Part shown: positions 1 through 7,837 of the stretch, one piece after another
Numbering within the stretch: the first letter of the stretch is position 1
Layout of the letters: every line of letters starts with the position of its first letter
From: an uncultured Bacilli bacterium
Lineage (GTDB): Bacteria; Bacillota_I; Bacilli_A; RF39; UBA660
DNA: 50,659 bases
Assembly (NCBI GenBank): GCA_947598395.1
Contig: CANQFG010000004.1
Span: 1 to 50,659, forward strand
Direction of reading: 5' to 3'
Notes under the pieces: generated by a model
Told to the model about the DNA's origin: nothing
What the model saw: only the letters and a program-made list of their open reading frames with translations
Databases searched by the model: none
Translations under genes and position numbers: made by a program

Positions 1-41
1 CACCTTTTATAATTATAGCAAAGATTTAAAATAGAATAAAT

Positions 42-63
42 AAAAAAAGATAGTTAAACTATC
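42..63 (-). terminator. Rho-independent terminator downstream of lectin-fold paralog A
   Basis: On the - strand a GATAG-TTTAA-CTATC hairpin overlaps the stop codon and is followed by a T7 run (A-run 42-48 on the + strand). Confidence 0.5.
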
Positions 64-1865
64 TAATTAGATGGAGCTAAGGCAATGCGGAAGCCACCGA
101 CTTTATTGGCTGCACTAGTGATACTATTGAAGTAGAACTGTCCAGCTATAACTCCATCGGTAAAATGGCCGCCTCGAAAGAGCCAAAGGGATGACGCGCT
201 AACGAAATCGGAAATATCGGCGTACCAACGATTGTGCCATCTCATCTTGTTGTCCCCATCTCCATATTCATCAAATGGACCCATTTCACCGGTAGCATCG
301 CCAAGTATCATTTTAGTATATCCATTTATGATGCTATCTTTATCATATACATCAAAATATTTTGCTTCAATTTTTTGTAAATATTCAGTGGTAAAACCAC
401 TATCATTATTTGAAAATTCAGCTACATAAGCTGCTACATACTCCCATGCTCCACCAGACATATCATAGACACCGGTGATATTTCCCGTCGTACTGGCTGT
501 AACTCCATTTTCGGTATTCCATGCTGTATTATATTTTTCACCATTGCCATTGTCACCAGGATGTTTACTTTGATCAGAATTTGGGGATGCTGCATAACCT
601 GTTTTATTTTGATTATTGTTATTAATTGTTATTTCCTTATTTATTCCAAATATTGAATGACTTAGATATGCTACGGCTCCCCACTCCGTATTCTTTAACA
701 TATGCGAATTTAAATCGCTTTTATATTCTTTTGCTGCTTCAAACATATTTTTTACTGTTACATTACGCCATGAATAAACATTTGGTTTAATGATAATATT
801 ATCAGAATTGTTATCATCTTTTTCTGCTTCACTAGTATTTTGAGCGTCTTTATAACCAGTTTCAAATTTGCCGACCCAAAAACCATCGACCCCAAGTGAG
901 ATAAATGCTGGATGAGTCATATATTCGCCATTAGAACACGCTTGAATATCTCCAGATAACCCTTGTGTATTATTATCATTCATTGGAGTTTTACATGATA
1001 CTCCTTCAACATCCTCAGTATCTGTTTTATCAAATATTATTTCTATGGAATGGGCATTATATAATGGATTTGTTACATTTACATTCCATAAACGATATTT
1101 ATATTTTGGTATCCACACAAACATTGCTTCAATATCATCCATATCTATTGGATCATTTTCTGGTGCTACTTTACCATCTTTTAAGATAACTGCATTTGCC
1201 CATTTTTTATCACAATAGTTATACCAACTTTCATCATCTTTATTTACTTTTGTAACATTTTCATCATCATCAATAGTTACTGGTATTAATTTACTATCAG
1301 CTCCTAAATTTGGTTCGGCTACATTTTCACATGAATTATCTACAATATATTCTTTTGCTTCCTCTTCTCTTTCTGTTGGATTTACGGTTAGACTACATTT
1401 AAATTTTTCTTCAAATTCTTCTGTACTAACTTTCTTTAGTTCTACGGTTATTGTTCCTTTTCTGCTCTCTTGCGCTTTTACTGTTAAACTTTTTGGGCTT
1501 GGTGTTATTTCCGTATATTCACTTGTTATTTCTTGTTCACTTTCTTGCCCATCAGCAGTTAATCTTTCACATTCAATTGCTACTTCTGCATCATATTGTT
1601 TGCTATTATTCATTACTTGATACTCTAAGATACTTCGATCTCCTTGTTTACTTAATTCTTTGGTGGTAAATGTTATGCTCTTTTTATTTGTATCAATTAG
1701 TTCTTCACTTCTTACTTCACCATCTAATATTGCTTCACTAAAGTATACATCAAATTCATCACTATCATATCCATAATTAATTGTTCCATTTATTACTAGT
1801 GATGTTGTTACCGCTGCAAATCCTATACTCATTAATATTAATGCAATAATTATTCCTTTTTTCAT
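63..1865 (-). CDS. Secreted/membrane-anchored protein with C-terminal FGE/SUMF1-like (C-type-lectin fold) domain, paralog A
   Basis: 600-aa ORF with an N-terminal hydrophobic signal/anchor (MKKGIIIALILMSIGFAAV). The C-terminal half carries FGE-sulfatase-type motifs (HPAF..GFWVGKFE, NTEWGAVAYL, GVYDMSGGAWEY, RGGHF, GFRIAL). An AGGAG RBS lies upstream of ATG 1865. Confidence 0.75.
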   Translation of the reverse strand: MKKGIIIALILMSIGFAAVTTSLVINGTINYGYDSDEFDVYFSEAILDGEVRSEELIDTNKKSITFTTKELSKQGDRSILEYQVMNNSKQYDAEVAIECERLTADGQESEQEITSEYTEITPSPKSLTVKAQESRKGTITVELKKVSTEEFEEKFKCSLTVNPTEREEEAKEYIVDNSCENVAEPNLGADSKLIPVTIDDDENVTKVNKDDESWYNYCDKKWANAVILKDGKVAPENDPIDMDDIEAMFVWIPKYKYRLWNVNVTNPLYNAHSIEIIFDKTDTEDVEGVSCKTPMNDNNTQGLSGDIQACSNGEYMTHPAFISLGVDGFWVGKFETGYKDAQNTSEAEKDDNNSDNIIIKPNVYSWRNVTVKNMFEAAKEYKSDLNSHMLKNTEWGAVAYLSHSIFGINKEITINNNNQNKTGYAASPNSDQSKHPGDNGNGEKYNTAWNTENGVTASTTGNITGVYDMSGGAWEYVAAYVAEFSNNDSGFTTEYLQKIEAKYFDVYDKDSIINGYTKMILGDATGEMGPFDEYGDGDNKMRWHNRWYADISDFVSASSLWLFRGGHFTDGVIAGQFYFNSITSAANKVGGFRIALAPSN

Positions 1866-1897
1866 GTCGATCTTTGCTCCTATTTTCCATTTTCTCT

Positions 1898-1927
1898 ATT
1901 GTATTGCACCCCCCCCAGTTGCAGCAA
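1898..1927 (-). promoter_or_regulatory. Putative sigma-A promoter of paralog A with a poly-G tract in the spacer
   Basis: The - strand reads TTGCTG (1927-1922), an 18-nt spacer CAACTGGGGGGGGTGCAA, then TACAAT (1903-1898). It lies about 35 nt upstream of the AGGAG RBS and ATG 1865. Confidence 0.45.
1909..1916 (-). repeat. G8 (C8 on + strand) homopolymeric tract
   Basis: Eight consecutive C at 1909-1916. This is the only long G/C homopolymer I noticed in this AT-rich window. Confidence 0.95.
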
Positions 1928-1949
1928 AAAAGCGCCGAGATCTCAGCGC
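1926..1949 (-). terminator. Rho-independent terminator upstream of the paralog A promoter
   Basis: The - strand reads GCGCUGAG-AU-CUCGGCGC, a 7-8 bp GC-rich stem with one G-U pair, followed by U6. The T-run overlaps the proposed -35. Confidence 0.6.
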
Positions 1950-2121
1950 AAAATGAAGTTTTTTGATATCTTTTGTCTTTTTTTGTCAGGTCTATTTCCT
2001 TTTATTTTTTACCCTCTATAATATTACCCTCAGGAGGACCACTGAGTTTGTAGTTGCCATTATTTTCAGGGGGTTGCTGGTTGACCAGTTTAATCTATAG
2101 AAAGTAGTGGAGGTGATAGTA

Positions 2122-2196
2122 ATGAAGGATTTTATTATTTCTTTCTTATTGATCATTATTTTTATTTTAGTGCTCTACGTTGTAGGCCTAATATAG
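2122..2196 (+). CDS. 24-aa hydrophobic peptide (candidate type I toxin-like small membrane protein)
   Basis: ATG 2122 is preceded by GGAGGTG at 6-nt spacing. Product is MKDFIISFLLIIIFILVLYVVGLI, below the ORF-track size cut-off. A homologous ORF lies at 49975-50064. Confidence 0.45.
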   Translation: MKDFIISFLLIIIFILVLYVVGLI

Positions 2197-2197
2197 G

Positions 2198-2259
2198 AAA
2201 AAGCTACCTTTTAAGGTAGCCTATCTCAAATAGGTGACTTAACTGACTTAAGTCCTCCT
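2198..2259 (-). ncRNA. Candidate ~60-nt antisense small RNA convergent to the 24-aa ORF
   Basis: Bounded by the promoter at 2294-2266 and by the hairpin GCTACC-UUAAAA-GGUAGC plus U5 (2220-2198). It contains no start codon after its AGGAGG. Internal hairpins are GACTTAAGTC and CCTAT-TTGAG-ATAGG. Confidence 0.35.
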
Positions 2260-2265
2260 ACATTC

Positions 2266-2294
2266 ATTATATTAAATTTACTCTTGCTTAGCAA
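2266..2294 (-). promoter_or_regulatory. Near-consensus sigma-A promoter for the antisense RNA
   Basis: The - strand reads TTGCTA (2294-2289), a 17-nt spacer, then TATAAT (2271-2266). Confidence 0.5.
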
Positions 2295-2301
2295 GTTTTT
2301 T
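2283..2301 (+). terminator. Rho-independent terminator for the + strand small-ORF transcript
   Basis: CTTGC-TTA-GCAAG hairpin followed by T6 on the + strand. It overlaps the -35 of the antisense promoter. Confidence 0.45.
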
Positions 2302-2315
2302 ATTTTGTTTGTTTT

Positions 2316-4109
2316 TTATTTTGCTGGTGCTAAGACGAGGCGGAAGCCATCGCCTCCACCGGCTACACCAGTGCGTCTATTGAAGTAGAACTGTCCGGCT
2401 AGAATTCCGCGATCGAAATGGCCGCCTCGAGCGAACCAAGGATCCGACGTGGCAGCGAAAATGGAATTGTCGGCGTACCAACGATTGTGATATCTCATAT
2501 TGTTGTCCCCATCTTTATAATTATCGAAAGGTCCCATCTCACCTGTTGCATCTCCTAATATCATATTAGTATAAGAAGTATTATCATTACTACCACTCTT
2601 ATATACATCAAAATATTTTTGTAAAGTATCTATTTCATTTGATTCAGAAGTAAACCCACTACTACCTAGGTTGTTTTCAATATAAGCTGCCATGTATTCC
2701 CATGCTCCTCCAGACATATCATAAACACCGGTAATATTTCCCGTCGTACTGGCATTAACTCCATTTTCCGTATTCCACAAAGTATTGTATTCTGATCCGT
2801 CTCCACTTTCACCAGGCATTTTACTTTGATCAGTTGTTAGTAATGCGGCATAACCAGTTTTATATGCACTATTGTTATTAATAGCTACTTCTTTATTTAT
2901 TCCAAATATTGAATGTGATAAATAAGCTACTGCTCCCCATTCAGTGTTTTTCATCATGTGCGAATTTAATGCACTTTTATAATTTTTAGATACTTCATAT
3001 ATATTTTTAACATTTATATTTCGCCATGAATACTCATCTGGTTTAACAACTATATCAGTTGATTCGCCAGTATCATGTTTGGCAGCATCAGCATTACTAG
3101 CACCTTTATAACCCGTTTCAAATTTGCCAACCCAAAAACCATCTACGCCAAATGAAGTGAATGCTGGATGTGTCATATATTCTCCATTATTACATTCACC
3201 TGTATCTCCACTTACTCCTGGAGTTTCACAAGAAACACCATCTATATTAGTAGTGTTAGTTTTATCAAAAATTATTTCTATGGAATGAGCATTATATAAT
3301 GGATTTTCAACATCAACATTCCATAACCGATATTTATATTTCGGTATCCACACAAACATCGATTCAATTTTGTCCATTTCAATTTTTTGATTTTCTTCTG
3401 GTGCTGTCTCGCCATCTTTTAAGATTACTGCGTTGGCCCATTGTTTATTACAATAGTCATACCAATTTTCACCAGTTGCGTTTACTTTTGTTATTTCTCC
3501 ACTATTATTAATCGTTACTGGTATTAATTTATTATCTGTTCCTAAATTTGGTGCCGCTACACTTTCACATGAAGTGTCAGCAATATACTCTTCAGGTTCT
3601 TCTTCTCGTTCACTTGGATTTACGGTTAGACTACATTTAAACTTTTCTTCAAGTATTTCTGTACTTACTTTCTTTAGTTCTACGGTTATTGTCCCTTTTC
3701 GACTCTCTTGAGCTTTTACTGTCAATTCCTTTGGATTTGGTGTAATAGTTGTATATTCACTAGTTATTTCTTCTTCACTTTCACTTCCATCAGATGTAAG
3801 TCTTTCACATTCAATTGCTACTTCTGCATCATATTGTTTGCTATTATTCATTACTTGATATTCTAAGATACTTCGATCACCCTTTTTACTTAATTCTTTG
3901 GTGGTAAATGTTATGCTTTTCTTATTTGTTTGCTCAATTAGTTCTTCACTTTTTACATCACCATCAAGTATTGCTTCACTAAATATGACATTAAAATCTT
4001 TGGTATCATATCCATATTTTATTGTTCCATTTATAGTTAAGACTGTTGCTATTGATGCAAAGCCTATACTCATTAATATTAATGCTACTATTATTCCTTT
4101 TTTATTCAT
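2316..4109 (-). CDS. Secreted/membrane-anchored protein with C-terminal FGE/SUMF1-like (C-type-lectin fold) domain, paralog B
   Basis: 597-aa ORF with the same architecture and motifs as paralog A (GVYDMSGGAWEY, RGGHF, GFRLVL). An AAAGGAG RBS lies upstream of ATG 4109. Confidence 0.75.
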   Translation of the reverse strand: MNKKGIIVALILMSIGFASIATVLTINGTIKYGYDTKDFNVIFSEAILDGDVKSEELIEQTNKKSITFTTKELSKKGDRSILEYQVMNNSKQYDAEVAIECERLTSDGSESEEEITSEYTTITPNPKELTVKAQESRKGTITVELKKVSTEILEEKFKCSLTVNPSEREEEPEEYIADTSCESVAAPNLGTDNKLIPVTINNSGEITKVNATGENWYDYCNKQWANAVILKDGETAPEENQKIEMDKIESMFVWIPKYKYRLWNVDVENPLYNAHSIEIIFDKTNTTNIDGVSCETPGVSGDTGECNNGEYMTHPAFTSFGVDGFWVGKFETGYKGASNADAAKHDTGESTDIVVKPDEYSWRNINVKNIYEVSKNYKSALNSHMMKNTEWGAVAYLSHSIFGINKEVAINNNSAYKTGYAALLTTDQSKMPGESGDGSEYNTLWNTENGVNASTTGNITGVYDMSGGAWEYMAAYIENNLGSSGFTSESNEIDTLQKYFDVYKSGSNDNTSYTNMILGDATGEMGPFDNYKDGDNNMRYHNRWYADNSIFAATSDPWFARGGHFDRGILAGQFYFNRRTGVAGGGDGFRLVLAPAK

Positions 4110-4248
4110 AGAAAGAAGTCTCCTTTATTATTTATTCTAACCAATTATGCTTGAATTATATCTTTTAGAATATTACATTCTAATTATATAGCTATTTTCT
4201 TGCTTAGTAAATAATAACTTAGAATATTTATTTCTATTATTGACACTT

Positions 4249-4270
4249 AAAAAGGGCTTTCTAAGCCCGC
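4249..4270 (-). terminator. Rho-independent terminator after the trmH-family gene
   Basis: The - strand reads GCGGGCTT-AGA-AAGCCC followed by T5. Confidence 0.65.
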
Positions 4271-4276
4271 ATATTA

Positions 4277-4978
4277 TTATTTAGTAAATTCGTACATTAT
4301 AATAGTTGTTGCAATAGCAACGTTTAAACTTTCACAATTGGAATTGATGGGAATATTGATCTTTTTAGTAGCAAGATTTGAAATATTTGGTCGTACACCT
4401 TTGCCCTCATTGCCCATTATTAATACATATGGTTTATCGATAGAAATATCGCGGATATTTATTCCGTTTTTTACATCAGTTGTATATATCGTATAACCAT
4501 GAAGATCATTTATAAATTTTTCTAAATCCGTACGTATAAAGTTGATTTTAAAAAACATGCCCTCTGTCGCTCTTAAGACCTTGATATTATATTCATCAAC
4601 GGTATCGGGACTTACGACAATCATACTATAGCCAAAAGCTACACATGAACGAATAATCGTTCCCAAATTACCGGGATCTTGAATGCCATCTAAGACAATA
4701 ATATTGCCCTCAATTGGTTTACTTTCCCGTTTATGGCATATTGCCAAAACTTTAGGTGGAGTACTCAAATTGGAAAGTTTAGCCATAACTTGTTCGCTCA
4801 CAATCGTGGCATCTTCATAAGGATATTGGGCATAAATTTGTTCAACAAGTCCCAATTTCTTTGCTTCCTCAACTAAATGTTCCCCTTCGATGATAAAGAG
4901 ATTCATCTCATCGCGATATTTTTTATTATTTAATTTGGCATATTGTTTAATTTTTTCATTATTTACGGATTCGATCAT
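4277..4978 (-). CDS. TrmH/SpoU-family RNA 2'-O-methyltransferase
   Basis: Motifs IVLDGIQDPGNLGTIIRS, LIMGNEGKGV and IPINSNCESLNVAIATTIIMYE. ATG at 4978; the track start at 4981 is a TTG one codon upstream. The start overlaps the upstream stop (TGATG). Confidence 0.85.
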   Translation of the reverse strand: MIESVNNEKIKQYAKLNNKKYRDEMNLFIIEGEHLVEEAKKLGLVEQIYAQYPYEDATIVSEQVMAKLSNLSTPPKVLAICHKRESKPIEGNIIVLDGIQDPGNLGTIIRSCVAFGYSMIVVSPDTVDEYNIKVLRATEGMFFKINFIRTDLEKFINDLHGYTIYTTDVKNGINIRDISIDKPYVLIMGNEGKGVRPNISNLATKKINIPINSNCESLNVAIATTIIMYEFTK

Positions 4979-5595
4979 CAATACTTTAATTCCTTTCGTG
5001 CTTGCTTATAATTGGGATAATGGCGTTCGACTTCTTGCCAAAAAGCCTTTGAATGATCCATATGAGCAAAGTGACTCAATTCATGGCATATTACATAATC
5101 AATGGCATTATAATTTCGATGAATTAGATAAGTATTAAGGGTAACGGTCATACTTCCCTTATTGCATACTCCCCATCGCGTCTTCATCTTCCGAACGCGC
5201 AAACGAAAATGCGGCAAATTGGCAAATGTCGGCGTATAGATATCTAGGCGTCTTTGAAATACTTCTAAGGCATGCTTATAAAGGTACTCGTTGATAGCTT
5301 CGATACTGGGACCAAAGGCAAAATTATCTTCAAACATGACTTTTTTATAATAAACATAATTGTACTTTTGACCTAAATACCATATCTCCTCTTGGGTATT
5401 TACCTTTTTTTCCATCTTCTTGGCCATATGCTCCAAGGATGAACGATTTTTTTCGAGTAATTTTTTGATCTCACTATTGCTTACATATTTGGGACAAGTA
5501 ACATATATTTGTTTTTCCTCATTGATACGAAAATAGATATTTTTGATTCGTTTCTTTTCGACGACAATAGGATATTCGACACCATCAATAATCAT
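4978..5595 (-). CDS. DUF45/YgjP-type (M48-like) metal-dependent hydrolase
   Basis: WGVCN motif and an HExxH site (CHELSHFAHMDHS) in the C-terminal third. ATGA overlap with the upstream ORF. Confidence 0.7.
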   Translation of the reverse strand: MIIDGVEYPIVVEKKRIKNIYFRINEEKQIYVTCPKYVSNSEIKKLLEKNRSSLEHMAKKMEKKVNTQEEIWYLGQKYNYVYYKKVMFEDNFAFGPSIEAINEYLYKHALEVFQRRLDIYTPTFANLPHFRLRVRKMKTRWGVCNKGSMTVTLNTYLIHRNYNAIDYVICHELSHFAHMDHSKAFWQEVERHYPNYKQARKELKY

Positions 5596-6455
5596 AATTT
5601 ACCACTAAAAACTTCATACCAATTCTTAAGATATGTCGTCGTCCTTTCATAGCCATAGGTAAATGCCGATTTGATGATATCCCAAGTTATCTTTAAACTA
5701 TGTTTAAGGAGGGCAAAATCGCTTTTGACTTGAAAGCAATCGTCGTCCGTCGTCTTGCAGATGCCAACGGCAAGATCCATATATTTGGCAACTAAACGCG
5801 CCTTAATATCGGCAACTTTACTGCCAATTTTATCCTTATAACCGGGGTATTTAGCATCGATTTTGCTATCGATAAGTAAGGTATAATAGATGACTTTGCT
5901 CTTGGCCTTATTGCTCAACTCATCCCAGGTAACGCCATTGATCGGCTCATCATAGAAGATAAAGTCGACGCATTTAATAAAGATATCTTTAATCGTATTT
6001 TGATTATCTTCGCTTTCAATCGTATCATCGATGTCTTGCATATACTCAATTATCGCTTCATCACTTTGGATCTTTTTAGTTGTAGTAGTACTAGTCGATT
6101 TACTCGTGGTACTCGTCGTCGTTGTCGACTCGACCTCTTCGGTCATCTTAGCTAATTCATCTCTTTCGGCAATTACTTCGACTTGATTATCGGCAACGGA
6201 GACAAAATCGCCAACTTGATATTCCCGATCGGTCGCCACCTTTTTCGTCGTATCATCATCGATATCGCTTACAATGATATAGCCATCTTTTACATCTTTG
6301 ATAAGGCCATAACTGGCTTCCGTAGTATTGCTATCGGAAGATAAATCTTTTATCAAAAGAATGCTTACTCCGATGATGAGTACAATCGTCATGACGATGA
6401 CGATGCTCAAGATGATGATCTTCTTCTTATAACTATTTTGCTCTTTTTCCTTCAT
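5592..6455 (-). CDS. Hypothetical single-pass membrane protein with Thr/Ser-rich linker
   Basis: N-terminal TM helix (IIILSIVIVMTIVLIIGVSILLI) and a linker STTTTSTTSKSTSTTTTKK. No family recognised. Its start overlaps the der stop by 1 nt (TAATG). Confidence 0.6.
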   Translation of the reverse strand: MKEKEQNSYKKKIIILSIVIVMTIVLIIGVSILLIKDLSSDSNTTEASYGLIKDVKDGYIIVSDIDDDTTKKVATDREYQVGDFVSVADNQVEVIAERDELAKMTEEVESTTTTSTTSKSTSTTTTKKIQSDEAIIEYMQDIDDTIESEDNQNTIKDIFIKCVDFIFYDEPINGVTWDELSNKAKSKVIYYTLLIDSKIDAKYPGYKDKIGSKVADIKARLVAKYMDLAVGICKTTDDDCFQVKSDFALLKHSLKITWDIIKSAFTYGYERTTTYLKNWYEVFSGKL

Positions 6456-7765
6456 TACTCTTCGCCTCGATTTTTAAATTGTAGGATAATGGGTGAACCA
6501 TCCAATGCAAATGATTCGCGAATTTTATTCTCTAAATACCGTTCATAGGAAAAATGAACGAGGGTTTTATTATTGACAAAAAAGACAAATTTAGGAGGCA
6601 TTGTTTCCACTTGGGTAACATAATAGATTTTTAGGCGCATGCCCTTATAACTCGGTGGTTCATGTAAGGCTACAGCATCGCGGATGACATCATTTAAACT
6701 GCTGGTCTTTAGCATCGTAGTAAATGATGCAAAGGACTTGATGATAGCTGGCATGAGGGTATGAATTCGCGTCTTAGTTGTAGCTGAAAGAAAGACGACG
6801 GGAACATATGGGATAAATTGAAATTCATGTTCGATCAACGTCTTCCACTTCTTTAAAGCTTGATCTTTATCGGGAACCAAATCCCATTTATTGATGCATA
6901 AGACCATGGCTTTCCCCGCTTCGAGGGCATAGGAGACGATGTGCTTATCATGTTCGATGATACCCGTACTGGCATCGATCACGATGACGCAGACATCCGA
7001 ATTTTCGATGGCTTTCAAACTGCGAATGACCGAATATTTTTCGACTTGTTCGTATATTTTGCCCCGTTTTCGCATGCCGGCCGTATCGATGACGACATAT
7101 TCTTTTTTATCGTACGTAAAGCGGGAATCATTGCTATCGCGCGTCGTCCCGGCGATATCGGAGACAATTTGGCGCTCTTCTCCCAAAAGGGCATTGACTA
7201 AACTTGATTTGCCGACATTGGGACGACCGATAATGGAAAATCGAATTTCTTCGCCCTTCGGCATATTTTGATAGACCGGAAAATCACTAGTGATCATCTT
7301 TAAAAGTTCGGTAATATTTCGATTATGTTCGGCACTGACCATGATCATATCGGAAATACCCAATTCATAAAAATTATAAATGGCATCTTCATGATGGATA
7401 TCATCGATCTTATTAATGGCTAAGATGACACGCTTTTTACTGCGCAAGAGCATATCGCGAACCTTAATATCATTTGGCGTAATATCCTCTAATCCATCGA
7501 CGACAAAGACGATGACATCGGCTTCATCGATGGCCAATTCGGCTTGAAGGCGAATATTTTCATTTAAAGTAGCATTCTCTAAATCAATTCCCCCCGTATC
7601 GATTAAACTAAACGATTTATCTTCAAAATTGACGATGCCATATAAGCGATCGCGCGTTACGCCCGGCATATCGGCAATTATGGCCTTTTTTTCATTTATC
7701 AAACGATTAAAAAGTGATGATTTACCCGTATTAGGTCGACCAATTAAACATACGGTTTTACGCAT
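6455..7765 (-). CDS. der: Ribosome-assembly GTPase Der (EngA)
   Basis: Two GTPase domains (GRPNTGKSSLFN/DTGG/NKID and GRPNVGKSSLVN/DTAG/NKWD) plus a KH-like C-terminus. ATG 7765 has an AAGGAGG RBS, so the track extension to 7819 is not used. Confidence 0.9.
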   Translation of the reverse strand: MRKTVCLIGRPNTGKSSLFNRLINEKKAIIADMPGVTRDRLYGIVNFEDKSFSLIDTGGIDLENATLNENIRLQAELAIDEADVIVFVVDGLEDITPNDIKVRDMLLRSKKRVILAINKIDDIHHEDAIYNFYELGISDMIMVSAEHNRNITELLKMITSDFPVYQNMPKGEEIRFSIIGRPNVGKSSLVNALLGEERQIVSDIAGTTRDSNDSRFTYDKKEYVVIDTAGMRKRGKIYEQVEKYSVIRSLKAIENSDVCVIVIDASTGIIEHDKHIVSYALEAGKAMVLCINKWDLVPDKDQALKKWKTLIEHEFQFIPYVPVVFLSATTKTRIHTLMPAIIKSFASFTTMLKTSSLNDVIRDAVALHEPPSYKGMRLKIYYVTQVETMPPKFVFFVNNKTLVHFSYERYLENKIRESFALDGSPIILQFKNRGEE

Positions 7766-7800
7766 AATTTCTTCCTCCTTTTGGCCAACTATCGTAACAT

Positions 7801-7830
7801 AAAAAAGCCTAAATAGCAAACGATTCAGGC
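7801..7830 (-). terminator. Rho-independent terminator after the prepilin gene
   Basis: The - strand reads GCCTGAAT-CGTTTGCT-ATTTAGGC, an 8-bp stem with one G-U pair, followed by T6. Confidence 0.6.
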
Positions 7831-7837
7831 CCTAAAA

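Larger units (their letters stand above)
63..4109 (-). repeat. Tandem duplication of the lectin-fold surface protein gene (paralogs A and B)
   Basis: ORFs 63-1865 and 2316-4109 are collinear. They are near-identical over the first ~170 aa and in long nucleotide stretches (e.g. cggcgtaccaacgattgtg in both). They diverge in loops and in the C-terminal patch. Confidence 0.9.

Noticed and set aside
1944-2012. 22-codon hydrophobic ORF (MKFFDIFCLFLSGLFPFIFYPL) upstream of the 24-aa ORF.
   Set aside because: It has no Shine-Dalgarno motif, overlaps the presumed promoter region of the small-ORF transcript and has no counterpart at the second locus.
2041-2121. Palindrome CTGGTTGACCAG and hairpin CTCAG-N8-CTGAG in the 5' leader of the 24-aa ORF as SD-sequestering structures.
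   Set aside because: No segment complementary to the GGAGGTG SD could be found in the leader, so translational occlusion, which is typical of some type I toxins, cannot be argued from sequence alone.
232-4140. Short + strand ORFs in the track (232-429, 965-1189, 1451-1669, 3299-3511, 3898-4140) inside the two lectin-fold genes.
   Set aside because: They lie entirely antisense to long, motif-bearing - strand ORFs, have low-complexity Leu/Phe/Ile/His-rich translations and lack an RBS. These are typical shadow ORFs of AT-rich DNA.
7766-7819. N-terminal extensions of track ORFs: der to 7819, pilin to 8554, engB to 9152, MBL hydrolase to 20614, XRE genes to 35617 and 36864, GntR to 38877, ABC ATPases to 38480 and 42082, cohesin-like gene to 23894, HD protein to 32345.
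   Set aside because: Internal ATGs with good RBS motifs give the canonical family N-termini and remove implausible overlaps with upstream genes. The extensions translate to junk-like sequence.
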